IMG/VR virus record: IMGVR_UViG_3300047548_001872
Length of the DNA stretch: 64,000 nt
Source: a virus
Lineage: Duplodnaviria; Heunggongvirae; Uroviricota; Caudoviricetes
Reading direction: 5' to 3' (one strand)
Shown here piece after piece: positions 29,064 to 38,716 of the stretch. The notes beneath the pieces are model-generated. The model ran no database searches and was not told the DNA's origin. It saw nothing but the letters and a program-made list of their open reading frames with translations. Made by a program: the position numbers and the translations under genes. Within the stretch, counting starts at the first letter, position 1; each line of letters starts with the position of its first letter.

Positions 29064-29427
29064 TTTTGTCTTTTAATTTTTGTACTACAATAATTAGCGC
29101 AACAACACCCACGCCAAGGAAAACAAAGTTAAGAATCCTTTTTTTAGTAATATCTTTTTTGATTTCACTTTCTTTTACTTTGTTCAAATATTCAAACAGT
29201 ACTTCAGTTTTTTTTAGTTCAGTACTAACGGAAGCAACTTTGTTTTTTAGCTCTTCTTGTTGCTGGTTGTTTAGTGCTGATAGCTTTCTTGCAAGTTCCT
29301 TGTTTTTTTGAGCTTGACCTTGCGCAAACAAAAAACCAACGCCAGTTTGTATAGCTATGCTTACTCCCATGCTCACAGGGTCAAATTTTGTGCCATCAGC
29401 ATTAAGATATCCTTTACAATCTGACAT
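29056..29427 (-). CDS. tail-anchored membrane protein with coiled coil
   Basis: C-terminal TM segment FVFLGVGVVALIIVV. Confidence 0.45.
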   Translation of the reverse strand: MSDCKGYLNADGTKFDPVSMGVSIAIQTGVGFLFAQGQAQKNKELARKLSALNNQQQEELKNKVASVSTELKKTEVLFEYLNKVKESEIKKDITKKRILNFVFLGVGVVALIIVVQKLKDKNG

Positions 29428-29428
29428 A

Positions 29429-29983
29429 CTAATCCTTTTTTACAATTAAAGAAACCCCGTAAATTATTCCTACGGCTAAACCTAATCCAACAACGTAAAT
29501 CCAAGTGTCTTTTAGCCTTGTGGTACTTTCTTGCTGTAATGTTTGTCTATACTGAAGCAAAGTGTTGGAAAATATCCTTAAACGCTCGGTTTCCGCCTCC
29601 GTCTTGATTTTCTCGTAGGCAATCTTTTCATTGGTTGAAAGTTCGGCTAATTTCAAATTAACCATCAATTCTCTTTGCTTTTTAGCCTGTCTTCCACCAA
29701 ACAACCCACCAACAACCGAACTGGCAAGAGATGCTCCTGCCATTACCACTAAAGGAGCAACATTTACATAACCCTCGTTTAGAATCAAAGAATCCAATTC
29801 TTTGGAAAAATCGATGTTTTTCTTGACCGACAAAGCGTCAAAAGTTTGTTCATAGATTTGCTGAAGCGAGGCGGTATCCATCTGGATATCATACCCATAC
29901 TTCTGTAACAAAGGCACAATAAGCTGTGGTTTGTCGTAAATAAAATCAATGATTTCTTTGGTTTGCTTGTCAACTTGATTCAT
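29429..29983 (-). CDS. membrane protein
   Basis: Hydrophobic segments VVMAGASLASSVVGGLFG and VVGLGLAVGIIYGVSLIV. Confidence 0.45.
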   Translation of the reverse strand: MNQVDKQTKEIIDFIYDKPQLIVPLLQKYGYDIQMDTASLQQIYEQTFDALSVKKNIDFSKELDSLILNEGYVNVAPLVVMAGASLASSVVGGLFGGRQAKKQRELMVNLKLAELSTNEKIAYEKIKTEAETERLRIFSNTLLQYRQTLQQESTTRLKDTWIYVVGLGLAVGIIYGVSLIVKKD

Positions 29984-30042
29984 CAGTACAGTTTTTATCT
30001 TAAACTAACGACAATTTTACGAAATAGTTTTTAATAAATACC

Positions 30043-30912
30043 TTATTTTAAAGCCTTTATTATAAAATTAGCATCAAAGACTTCGTTTAAATTATTGTAG
30101 GGAAATGAATTCAAATCTTCGAATAAGAAATGCTTTTGATAATTAGAATGCTCAATTTGCCGTTCTACCGTAGGCTTATTTGCAAGAATGTTGGTGTGCA
30201 TCTCATATCCAAAAACTTTCGGGCTTGTTGTGACCCATGTAACTACGGAAGGCAATCCCAAGGCAGTTGCAAGGTGCATTGTGCTGCTATCGATTAAAAG
30301 CCTTTTTTCCGATAATGTTAGCAACACGGCAATACTTCTGATTTCATCAGTTGCCTGTAAAGTGTTTGGAAGCGCCAATTGGTCAGGTCTTTTAACATGC
30401 ACAATAGCATATTGATTTTTAAATTTCTCAATCACTTCCTCGATAATAGGAGAGGGTATGTCCCTTGTCCAAGAATACTTTAACGGCTGATTCATCGCAC
30501 CCCCGTTAGGATGAATTACCATAATGGGCTTGTCCAATTTGTAAAATTGTTGAAAGTATTCCTTTTCTGCTTTTCGCAAAAAGAACTCTGGCATTTCCCC
30601 ATCATATTCCAAACCATAAGTTTCGCACCATATTTTGATAAGATGATTTTGCTCGGTGATGAAGTCGGATGTACTGTATGGGTCAGTAACAAAAACCTTG
30701 CAGTCTTTTTTTTCAATGTAGTTTTTATGAATCCCAACCAACTGGTCATGCTTGAGTACTTTGTTTACATTTGGGTTTCCGATGAAAATTTCAGGGTAGT
30801 GTGTAACGACAATTATGTTCGCCTTGTTGTATTTCTTTTTGATTGCTTTTAATACTGCCGTTCCGATTATGGACTTTCCGATGCCCCCATCGATTTGATA
30901 GATTATATTCAT
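30043..30912 (-). CDS. glycosyltransferase, GT9 (heptosyltransferase)-like
   Basis: N-terminal IDGGIGKSIIGTAVLKAIKKKY resembles the ADP-heptose:LPS heptosyltransferase N-terminus. Confidence 0.45.
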   Translation of the reverse strand: MNIIYQIDGGIGKSIIGTAVLKAIKKKYNKANIIVVTHYPEIFIGNPNVNKVLKHDQLVGIHKNYIEKKDCKVFVTDPYSTSDFITEQNHLIKIWCETYGLEYDGEMPEFFLRKAEKEYFQQFYKLDKPIMVIHPNGGAMNQPLKYSWTRDIPSPIIEEVIEKFKNQYAIVHVKRPDQLALPNTLQATDEIRSIAVLLTLSEKRLLIDSSTMHLATALGLPSVVTWVTTSPKVFGYEMHTNILANKPTVERQIEHSNYQKHFLFEDLNSFPYNNLNEVFDANFIIKALK

Positions 30913-30915
30913 AGT

Positions 30916-31140
30916 TTAGTCTTTTTTGTTGTCAGTTCCTTTTAATCCAAAATTTGACAATTTGTACCATGCTCTTTCGTGTAGTAGGTAAATTATAGGT
31001 TTTACACACATTTCCGTAACGCCTATACTTCCTGCAACCCAAAAATTACCTGTAAAAAAATAAGAAATTAGGCACGTTTGAAGTGTGCCTAACATCCTAT
31101 AAGTGATTGCTTTTGCTATATGCCTTTTAAAATGTACCAT
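30916..31140 (-). CDS. DUF2061 membrane protein
   Basis: From Met MVHFKRH. HIAKAITYRMLGTLQTCLISYFFTGN...YLLHERAWY matches the DUF2061 pattern (commonly linked to sulfate-activation genes). Confidence 0.5.
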   Translation of the reverse strand: MVHFKRHIAKAITYRMLGTLQTCLISYFFTGNFWVAGSIGVTEMCVKPIIYLLHERAWYKLSNFGLKGTDNKKD

Positions 31141-31477
31141 CTTTGAACCCTTTATTTCTCCTGATATTAATGCCAACTGCTTTTTTATCGGAGCTGCCTT
31201 CAGGGATATCATTTATCACATATCTTGTGCCTCTTCCGATTTCCATTAGCAAAGTGTGGTACTTAACACCAATCTTTTCAAGTTCTTCTTTGGTGTAATC
31301 TTCCAAAACCTTCGGTCTTGCAGTTGTAATAACGATATGAGAACCTTTGTCAAACTCAGAATTAACTTTGTCAATAACATCTTGAATTGGCTCTACATCC
31401 AAACTCAACATTAATGAGAATGGTCGGTACTTTACAAGAGTGCCATCAATATCTACAAAATAAGTGTCATTTTTCAT
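31127..31477 (-). CDS. small HAD-superfamily phosphatase
   Basis: Motif I VDIDGTL, motif II ITTAR, Lys, VINDIPEG. Confidence 0.55.
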   Translation of the reverse strand: MKNDTYFVDIDGTLVKYRPFSLMLSLDVEPIQDVIDKVNSEFDKGSHIVITTARPKVLEDYTKEELEKIGVKYHTLLMEIGRGTRYVINDIPEGSSDKKAVGINIRRNKGFKDGTF

Positions 31478-31935
31478 TACAACTCTCCTTTTTCTCTCAT
31501 TTTTTCCCTGATTTTAGTGGCGGAGATTTCCGCTATATTAACAGGTGGAACATGCTCGATAATGTCATATCCGACTCCTCTACCAAACTCTACCGAACAA
31601 ATGTCGGGGATTATCATTACCTTAACGGTAGGCAGCCCTGCATTTGAATTTTCATAATTCAAGTCAAAATAGTGTTCTTCAATTTTTTGTCTTACTTCTT
31701 CAGCGGTGAAGGGGTTTTTTTCATCTACCTCGCCATCCCTAACGCAAACCAAAACATTTTTACCCTCAGCCATAGCCTGAGCAAATAAATTCGTGTGAGC
31801 TACGTGTAGGGGCTGAAATCTACCAATGAACATAGCATATTGATTTGGCTTAGGCTCTAACGATGATTTTACGTGTACAACCTTTCTCCAAGTGTCTTTT
31901 TCCAAGACTTCTTTTAATGAATCGTTGATTTCCAT
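31477..31935 (-). CDS. cytidylyltransferase-like nucleotidyltransferase (HxGH; NMNAT / RfaE-domain-II-like)
   Basis: FIGRFQPLHVAH (HxGH) and ISATKIR (ISxTxxR). Start placed at MEINDS (31935), which avoids overlap with the upstream gene. Confidence 0.6.
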   Translation of the reverse strand: MEINDSLKEVLEKDTWRKVVHVKSSLEPKPNQYAMFIGRFQPLHVAHTNLFAQAMAEGKNVLVCVRDGEVDEKNPFTAEEVRQKIEEHYFDLNYENSNAGLPTVKVMIIPDICSVEFGRGVGYDIIEHVPPVNIAEISATKIREKMREKGEL

Positions 31936-31942
31936 GCCCAGA

Positions 31943-32275
31943 TTAATAAATGTTAGCGATATTTTTCTCAACGATAATTTCTCTCGCATCGCAAACAACG
32001 TGATGCTTAACACCTACACCTTCAAATTTTTCCGAAAAGGTTCTTGATTTACAATTAATGATGATTTCAGAAACAAAAAACTCGTTTCCATTTAAAATTA
32101 ATCTCCATTTTTGTGTGCCATCGGTATCGTTGTTGTTGTACCGAATTCTTACCAAAGTCGTTTCATTCTCTTTTTTGAAGAGGACTTTTCTTCCTTCGGA
32201 AATCATTTTCTGAATTTGTTTCACCTGATTACCCATGCCTAAATCGTTAGAGGGATTTTGACTTGTTGATTCCAT
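31943..32275 (-). CDS. hypothetical protein
   Basis: 110 aa. Confidence 0.45.
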   Translation of the reverse strand: MESTSQNPSNDLGMGNQVKQIQKMISEGRKVLFKKENETTLVRIRYNNNDTDGTQKWRLILNGNEFFVSEIIINCKSRTFSEKFEGVGVKHHVVCDAREIIVEKNIANIY

Positions 32276-32756
32276 TTTCTTGTTGTTTTTGTTGTTGATT
32301 AAATTTGTATGTTTCTATTTTCCAAAGAAGGTCATTAAGGCTCTCAAATTCACTTACATTTGTAGTGTCGATTTCAATAAAATCTTCGGTTGGTTTTTGA
32401 TAATCTGCGGTATGGTACATTTCCCTACCACGAACATCGTTTGTGTGAACGTAAATTTCAATAACGTTGTGGGTTTTCTTCAAATCATCTCTCATGTCCT
32501 TGTATGGAGCAACCATTGAAATTATCACATCATATCGTGCGTATTCATCCAAATACTTAGCAATGGCAAAGCCTTGACCAATATTGATTCTTCTTCCGTT
32601 TTCGGAGTAATCTTGATTATTGTTGATTTTTCTTAAATCATCGCCATCAACGATAAAAACTTCTTTACTTGGCTTGGATTCAATCAATGCCTTTCTTAGC
32701 CAATTTGCTAAAGTGGTCTTGCCTGAATGTGGCTGACCCGTGAACAAATAAATCAT
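32247..32756 (-). CDS. cysC: adenylylsulfate (APS) kinase
   Basis: P-loop FTGQPHSGKTTLA plus VDGDDLRKINNNQDYSENGRRINI, equivalent to CysC LDGDNVR...DLGFS..DR.ENIRR. Confidence 0.7.
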   Translation of the reverse strand: MIYLFTGQPHSGKTTLANWLRKALIESKPSKEVFIVDGDDLRKINNNQDYSENGRRINIGQGFAIAKYLDEYARYDVIISMVAPYKDMRDDLKKTHNVIEIYVHTNDVRGREMYHTADYQKPTEDFIEIDTTNVSEFESLNDLLWKIETYKFNQQQKQQENGINKSKSL

Positions 32757-32759
32757 ATC

Positions 32760-33617
32760 TTAAACGTAATTAAATTTGTCAAAAAACCACTTATATGTAT
32801 TCTTGATTTTGGCACACAACTCGTAGCCTAACACATCCATAAAGTCATCATCTAACTTTTCGAACTTAGGTCTAAGAGTGTGGTCTCCGTAGATGCCGTG
32901 AATTTCATCGTTTTCTTTCGTGTATTGAGTGATATTCTCAAAGTCATGACCTTCGTAGTTAGGCAGCCCTAAATAGTCATAAAAACGCTTCATTTCGATT
33001 TCTGGGTTTGACATTAAGTCCTCATATCGAATGAATAAGATGTGTTTGTCCAGTCCTTGTTGAAATATATCTCTTAATCGGTCTAAGGATATCCCTACTG
33101 GAATACCGCTTGCCCATATATCTACCCTCTTGTCGACGGTAGTACCTTGAAGTTGAGAAGGGTCTTGAATGAAGTTTTGTTTGTGTGGGTTTTTTCGGAA
33201 GTTTTTCTCCATAGATGCGTAGATTGCTCTAACATCACGAACCATACAAATGATTTTTGGATTAGGGTAAAGCATGTTAGCAAAAGCATAGTGTACACCC
33301 CAACCTCTATTTTTGTCCAAAACGTATGGTTTGTTGGTTAATGCGTCAAAATATGCTTTGTAACCTTCACGGCAAAAGTTAAGAAATGCCTTTTCCATTT
33401 CTTTTGGGTCTTGAGCCTTGAATTCTGGAGAATGATGGTAGCTATTCCTTGCGCCAAACAACAATTCTAAAGCACCACTTGTGGGGGTGCAATAGAATTC
33501 AGGGTTTTGTGCTACAATATTTTGAAACAAGGTTGAGCCTGCTCTTGGTAAAGAGGAATTATAAAATATTTTCTTGTCCATAAAAAAGTTAGTTTCTTGG
33601 TGTATGTAAAGATACAA
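32760..33617 (-). CDS. sulfotransferase
   Basis: PAPS-binding loop SLPRAGSTLFQNIV (PKSGTT-like). The start may be at MDKKIFY (33581). Confidence 0.55.
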   Translation of the reverse strand: MYLYIHQETNFFMDKKIFYNSSLPRAGSTLFQNIVAQNPEFYCTPTSGALELLFGARNSYHHSPEFKAQDPKEMEKAFLNFCREGYKAYFDALTNKPYVLDKNRGWGVHYAFANMLYPNPKIICMVRDVRAIYASMEKNFRKNPHKQNFIQDPSQLQGTTVDKRVDIWASGIPVGISLDRLRDIFQQGLDKHILFIRYEDLMSNPEIEMKRFYDYLGLPNYEGHDFENITQYTKENDEIHGIYGDHTLRPKFEKLDDDFMDVLGYELCAKIKNTYKWFFDKFNYV

Positions 33618-33653
33618 AAAAAGCCAGAATCAAAATAACTCTCGCATTTTTTA

Positions 33654-33968
33654 TTAATTGTTTTGCAAATTGGCGTGTGCCGTTCTTAGCTCATCGATTA
33701 ACTCATCGATTTTTGTTTTCAAATCGGCTGCATCTTCTCCTTTAATGGAAAATCCTTTTTTAGACATATAACGAATGTCGGAATGATTAAAGATATTGAT
33801 TGCATGATAATTTTGCTCCGCATCGCTATCTGTAGGTTTTTTTGACCAAATATCCGTTACTAATGGCTGAACTTTTGTCAAATTGGTTGTTTTGACTTTT
33901 ACCGAGAACTCGTCGCTATTAATTTGGGTTTCTCCATACCCAAAAATATGAATTGTGAAATTTTTCAT
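33654..33968 (-). CDS. hypothetical protein
   Basis: 104 aa. Confidence 0.45.
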   Translation of the reverse strand: MKNFTIHIFGYGETQINSDEFSVKVKTTNLTKVQPLVTDIWSKKPTDSDAEQNYHAINIFNHSDIRYMSKKGFSIKGEDAADLKTKIDELIDELRTAHANLQNN

Positions 33969-33982
33969 TTTTTTTTATTTTT

Positions 33983-35842
33983 TTAAGTCAAAATTTGAAC
34001 TCCTGAAATGTGGGCAACCCACTTTATAAGGTTATTATTAGGTGATGTGCCTACAATTCTTAAACTACCTCCACTGGCAGAAATGGTAACGGAAAAAGAA
34101 GGGCTATGGAATTTTTCAATATTATTTTGATATAATATTTGTGCCGAGCCTGATGTGTTAGATGCAACGACATAATCCAAAGAACTACTAACTTGCCCTA
34201 CACTATCATCAAACCCAAGTGTTTTAATAGTTATTAAAAGAACATAACCATCAGGGATATTAAATAATAATGATGCTCCATCTAAATACAAGTCAGTATT
34301 TCCTGCCGTTGAATTTGAGTTAAATGCCGTTGCATCTATTTGCTGAACATCACCATTAGTAGTAATACATCCTGACGCATGCGCTCTCTCTCCATACCTG
34401 AACGCTTTAGCAGCAACCCCCCCTAAAATAGAAGAGTATTGCCCACAAGCAGTGTTTTCTTTTCCACCTACCACTAAAGCTAAATCACAGTTTGCAACAT
34501 TATCCGTTCCTCCACCGATGAAAGTAAGTCTACAATTGCTATAGTTATTGTATCCACCTACAATCGAATTCAATTCCCCAAAAGCTCTGTTTGAAAACCC
34601 ACCACCAACAAAGCCATAACAATTTCGTGCGTAGTTGCTTTTACCCCCACCAGTGAAGCTATAGTCCCCTCTTGTTGTGTTAATATATCCCCCACCAATG
34701 AAACTAAAACATCCCAATGCAGTGTTACAATATCCGTTTCCGACAAAACTAAAACATCCCGATGCAGTGTTACATTGCCCATTTAATATAGTAGAATAAT
34801 TTCCTGATGAATTATGGTTAAGCCCATTTATAACCACCCCATACTGAGATGAAGATGTGTTATCTCTTCCATTTCCGACAAAACTATATAATCCAGATGC
34901 GCTATTGCATTTTCCATTTACAACTGAACTAAAATTGTAAGATGCGGTGTTAAAATATCCGTTTCCGACTGAACTATAACCTCCAGATGCGGTATTTTGT
35001 TGCCCCCCAGCAACGGAACTACAATATCCTGATGCGGTATTATAACGACCTGCGCCAACGAAACTATTATATCCTGATGCGGTATTACAATACCCCCCAC
35101 CAACGAAACTGCTGCCTCCTGATGCGGTGTTTAAATAACCTCCACCAATTGAACTAAAACTGCATGATGCGGTATTGTATCGTCCGCCACCAACTGAACT
35201 AAAACCGCATGATGCGGTATTACAAAACCCTCCACCAACGGAACTATAATTTCCTGATGCGGTATTATAAAGCCCTCCAACAACTGAAGATGCTAATCCT
35301 GAAACTGTATTTGAAACCCCTGCACCAATAAAAGATTCATTGCAAGACATAGTGTTGCATTGCCCCGACACAATTGCGGAAGCCGTTATACCATATGCTA
35401 CGGAATTACAATTACCAGCACCTATAAAAGCACTATAACCACCATTACTGTTATATGAACCAGCTCCAATGAAAGCCCTTCCCCCATTAACAGTGTTATT
35501 GTACCCTGAGCCAATAATAGCGTTTGTCCCTACATTACAATTGCTTGACCCACCCACGATAGAGTTGTAGAGTCCGCCAACGTAGTTGTTTACACCGCCT
35601 GAAATAGACCCATTATTACCACTGGCAACATTATTCCCTGTTTTTGGGATTATGGAGTCGCCTTGGTCATATTCGTATGGACTATTACCCCCTAAATTAC
35701 TTACGTAATTTGATAAAGGTTCGGTATTTCCTTGAACGTCTTTAAGCATTAAAACGCCTGTAACACCATCTACAAAAACAGCCAAGCTATTTCCTTCGGG
35801 AGATGTTATGTTATATGGTTGTGATTTAGTTACAGTTCCCAT
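33983..35842 (-). CDS. vertex fibre/spike protein with Gly/Asn-rich repeats
   Basis: 619 aa. About 20 copies of a ~15-aa repeat NTASGxxSxVGGGxx. The N-terminal 50 aa are shared with the next gene. Confidence 0.6.
   Translation of the reverse strand: MGTVTKSQPYNITSPEGNSLAVFVDGVTGVLMLKDVQGNTEPLSNYVSNLGGNSPYEYDQGDSIIPKTGNNVASGNNGSISGGVNNYVGGLYNSIVGGSSNCNVGTNAIIGSGYNNTVNGGRAFIGAGSYNSNGGYSAFIGAGNCNSVAYGITASAIVSGQCNTMSCNESFIGAGVSNTVSGLASSVVGGLYNTASGNYSSVGGGFCNTASCGFSSVGGGRYNTASCSFSSIGGGYLNTASGGSSFVGGGYCNTASGYNSFVGAGRYNTASGYCSSVAGGQQNTASGGYSSVGNGYFNTASYNFSSVVNGKCNSASGLYSFVGNGRDNTSSSQYGVVINGLNHNSSGNYSTILNGQCNTASGCFSFVGNGYCNTALGCFSFIGGGYINTTRGDYSFTGGGKSNYARNCYGFVGGGFSNRAFGELNSIVGGYNNYSNCRLTFIGGGTDNVANCDLALVVGGKENTACGQYSSILGGVAAKAFRYGERAHASGCITTNGDVQQIDATAFNSNSTAGNTDLYLDGASLLFNIPDGYVLLITIKTLGFDDSVGQVSSSLDYVVASNTSGSAQILYQNNIEKFHSPSFSVTISASGGSLRIVGTSPNNNLIKWVAHISGVQILT
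34400..35400 (-). repeat. degenerate ~45-nt coding repeats (NTASG..S.VGGG units)
   Basis: Periodicity visible at the protein level across residues ~150-480. Confidence 0.6.
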
Positions 35843-35850
35843 GTTTTTTT

Positions 35851-36456
35851 TTAAATTTTTATTACCGTTAGTATTACCGATGGAATTTCAGGGTATGGAA
35901 TAACCAAGTTGGCTGGTTCGGCTACAATCTTAATGTTTGTTGTAGGCGTGAGCCAAACAAGTTCTGCATTTTCTCCAGCATTCAATTGAACAATAAAGTT
36001 CCAAGCAGCAACAATTTTTGATTGGTTGGCGTTCCCCATCATAGTTACTTTAGTATTACTATGAGGTACATCAAAACCATTTTTTCGCAACCAAATATCT
36101 ATTGCAACCACTCCACTACCAGAAACTCTGTCTAATTGTGCTGAAAATTGAATGTTATAATAACCTGTTTGAGCAACGGTTATTTTTGTATCGTTAATTA
36201 TCGAAACTCCATTAGAAACGTCAGTCATGTTGTACTTCATCGGAGTAGGGATATTATCTCCTGAAGCGGTTTGTGTTGTTGTGTCGTAAAAAGAGCCAAA
36301 AACACCTGTTTCTGGAATGTAATTTGTTATTGGTTCGGTATTCCCTAAAGCGTCTTTTAAAATAAGTCTATTAGTAATTCCATCTACAAAAACAGCAAGG
36401 CTATTTCCTTGTGGGGAAAATACGTTAGATGCCTGTGATTTATAGACTGAACTCAT
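35851..36456 (-). CDS. vertex/fibre-associated protein sharing its N-terminal domain with 33983..35842
   Basis: MSSVYKSQASNVFSPQGNSLAVFVDGITNRLILKDALGNTEP versus MGTVTKSQPYNITSPEGNSLAVFVDGVTGVLMLKDVQGNTEP. Confidence 0.55.
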   Translation of the reverse strand: MSSVYKSQASNVFSPQGNSLAVFVDGITNRLILKDALGNTEPITNYIPETGVFGSFYDTTTQTASGDNIPTPMKYNMTDVSNGVSIINDTKITVAQTGYYNIQFSAQLDRVSGSGVVAIDIWLRKNGFDVPHSNTKVTMMGNANQSKIVAAWNFIVQLNAGENAELVWLTPTTNIKIVAEPANLVIPYPEIPSVILTVIKI

Positions 36457-36463
36457 GTTTTTT

Positions 36464-36829
36464 TTAAAATATTTTATCCCAGAACTTTAAAATAAAAGTC
36501 CAAAAAACACCTACCGCAACACCTCCACCAACAAGTTTTGCTTTGAAGGCTTTGTCATTTTCGATATACTTATCATGCTCATCGACTTTGTGCAAGATGT
36601 TGATATGTTTACAATCATCGATGAACTTTTTGTTTTCTTTCACTTGTTCGACCAAACCAATCTGTCCATAAGCTGAGTCACCTATGATGGTTGTGTTTAG
36701 CTTCTCGCAAGTTTTGTCAACAGAATCTACCTTTTTAGTCAATTCCGTTAGTGTTGTTTTTATAAAATGTATATCAGTTGCGCTGACGGTTATGGTTTCT
36801 TGGGCTTTTTTTGTTCTTGTTAAAGCCAT
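36464..36829 (-). CDS. tail-anchored membrane protein
   Basis: C-terminal TM segment VGGGVAVGVFWTFIL. Confidence 0.45.
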   Translation of the reverse strand: MALTRTKKAQETITVSATDIHFIKTTLTELTKKVDSVDKTCEKLNTTIIGDSAYGQIGLVEQVKENKKFIDDCKHINILHKVDEHDKYIENDKAFKAKLVGGGVAVGVFWTFILKFWDKIF

Positions 36830-36840
36830 ATTTTAAAAAT

Positions 36841-37242
36841 TTATATTCCTACACCTAAACTTTCTAACTGTTTCGCCAAAGTAACATTTTTCACATTTTT
36901 GTTTCCGACATAATAAGACAAAAATATTTGCTCTTTATGTTTTAATATGAATGCATTCGCTTCAAGTGGTGAAACATTAGCCTCTTCTGAGAAATTAACG
37001 ATACATTGACCTAAAAACGGAGTAGCGAGTTGTTCGTATCCTAAAAAGTCAATTTTTTTGTCCATAATTTCAAGAAAAGTAACGGTTTCAACTACGGAGA
37101 AATCATTACACATTTCATATTTCACATGCCCTTCTTCGGTTATGCTAACTTTGATTTGAACGTTGTCGGATGATTGGTTGAATTTTTTAGCATATTTGTT
37201 CAACCCAGTCATCATAATTTTTTTGACAATACCATGTATCAT
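36841..37242 (-). CDS. hypothetical protein
   Basis: 133 aa. Confidence 0.45.
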   Translation of the reverse strand: MIHGIVKKIMMTGLNKYAKKFNQSSDNVQIKVSITEEGHVKYEMCNDFSVVETVTFLEIMDKKIDFLGYEQLATPFLGQCIVNFSEEANVSPLEANAFILKHKEQIFLSYYVGNKNVKNVTLAKQLESLGVGI

Positions 37243-37277
37243 TTTGTTGTTTATTAAAGTTTCTTGTGTAAAAATAA

Positions 37278-37838
37278 TTATTTTAAACCAAAAAGTCCAA
37301 AGAGTTTTGGGTATTTGGCTTTAAATTTTTCGAATGGCTTGTCCAAGTTATACTCCCGTAAAAGGTCAGTTGAATAAGTGAACGATTCTTTGTCAAATTT
37401 CAATGTAGTAGGTATGCCTAAAAAGACTACCTTAACTTCGCCAGATACTTGAATATCGATTGGTTTTCTTTCAGCAACATCTTTCAAAAATGGAAGCAAC
37501 GCAGTCTTGGTTTCTGCAATGTTGATGCTTCCTTGCCCAACTACTTCAAAAGTTGAATTAGGCTGAATCATAATCGATGTATCGCTTGCCGTGTTAGCAA
37601 ACTGTTTGTCTTTGAAGAATAAATCAATGTCGTATGCTTTAACCTCAACTTGGAAGTTTGACCTATTGGTCAAAGCAAAAGTAGCCTCCACTTTAACGTT
37701 TTCATTATCAACGCTAATTATTTTGAAATCCTTTAGGTTGTAGTCGTAATTTAATGCCAAATCTACTTGGTATCTAAAATACCGATATAACCCAAATCCA
37801 GCGAGTGCAACACCACCAATTAATAAAACCTTTTTCAT
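37278..37838 (-). CDS. N-anchored membrane protein
   Basis: TM segment VLLIGGVALAGFGLY. Confidence 0.45.
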   Translation of the reverse strand: MKKVLLIGGVALAGFGLYRYFRYQVDLALNYDYNLKDFKIISVDNENVKVEATFALTNRSNFQVEVKAYDIDLFFKDKQFANTASDTSIMIQPNSTFEVVGQGSINIAETKTALLPFLKDVAERKPIDIQVSGEVKVVFLGIPTTLKFDKESFTYSTDLLREYNLDKPFEKFKAKYPKLFGLFGLK

Positions 37839-38356
37839 TTTCTTTTGATTAAAATTATTCCCAAAGCAAGTAAAACCACTATCCCACCAGCAATTACCCT
37901 TTGTCTTACCATTTTTTTGGTTTGCTCTTGTATTCTTAACTTATCTTGTTCTTGGTATCCTTGCAAAATCGTGTTGATTTGCTCGGTTTTCACCTCGTTT
38001 ATTTTTGATTCACAACCTTTTTTGTTGAACTCATCTTTATACTGCTTTATAAGCTGCTGAGATATAGCAACTGACTGACTGCTTCCTTGTTTTAACGCAA
38101 CATCAATAGCAGACTGCATCAATCCTATTTTCATTTCAAGGTCGAAGCAAGTGTCTTTCAAATTATCCACCCCACACCCTGATTCTAAATACTGTTTTTT
38201 AAGGGTATCATAGAAACTAAGTTGTTTGATTTCTGTGGGTCGTAAATTTGACTTTAACCGATATAATTCAAGCATCTTGAGGTAGTTTAGCTTATCACCA
38301 CAAGCATACTTACCCATCTTTTCAAAACTCGATAAAGGATTTACATACTCAGCCAT
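37835..38356 (-). CDS. tail-anchored membrane protein
   Basis: C-terminal TM segment VIAGGIVVLLALGIILI. Confidence 0.45.
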   Translation of the reverse strand: MAEYVNPLSSFEKMGKYACGDKLNYLKMLELYRLKSNLRPTEIKQLSFYDTLKKQYLESGCGVDNLKDTCFDLEMKIGLMQSAIDVALKQGSSQSVAISQQLIKQYKDEFNKKGCESKINEVKTEQINTILQGYQEQDKLRIQEQTKKMVRQRVIAGGIVVLLALGIILIKRK

Positions 38357-38359
38357 TTT

Positions 38360-38716
38360 TTACTTTTTTGACGGAATTAATAAATACAAAGAAGTCAATA
38401 AGACTACACCACCCAAGGCAATATAAACAAGTTGCTCTCTATTTTTTTTCGGAATGATTTCAGATTCTTGTTTTGAAGCTAATTCTGTTTGAATTTTACC
38501 TCCTTCTTGAATCCTTGTCATTTCAATGAAATCCCTGCATCTCTTTCCTTTAAAAGCAAACTCTAAACCAGTTTTCCAACTCTCCATCTTATTTATAAGA
38601 CCACTATTGGGGTTCGGCACTCGACGCAAATTGACAATCTCAGACATAATGTTTGAGATATGCTCATCCAAATCAAAGCAGTTGGAATTCAAAGGATATT
38701 TTTGCTCTAAAGTCAT
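38360..38716 (-). CDS. tail-anchored membrane protein
   Basis: C-terminal TM segment VYIALGGVVLLTSLYLLI. Confidence 0.45.
   Translation of the reverse strand: MTLEQKYPLNSNCFDLDEHISNIMSEIVNLRRVPNPNSGLINKMESWKTGLEFAFKGKRCRDFIEMTRIQEGGKIQTELASKQESEIIPKKNREQLVYIALGGVVLLTSLYLLIPSKK

Noticed and set aside
31936-32013. N-terminal extension of the nucleotidyltransferase ORF (MLSITLFAM...)
   Set aside because: It would overlap the upstream gene 31943..32275. The internal Met at 31935 gives a compact non-overlapping gene.
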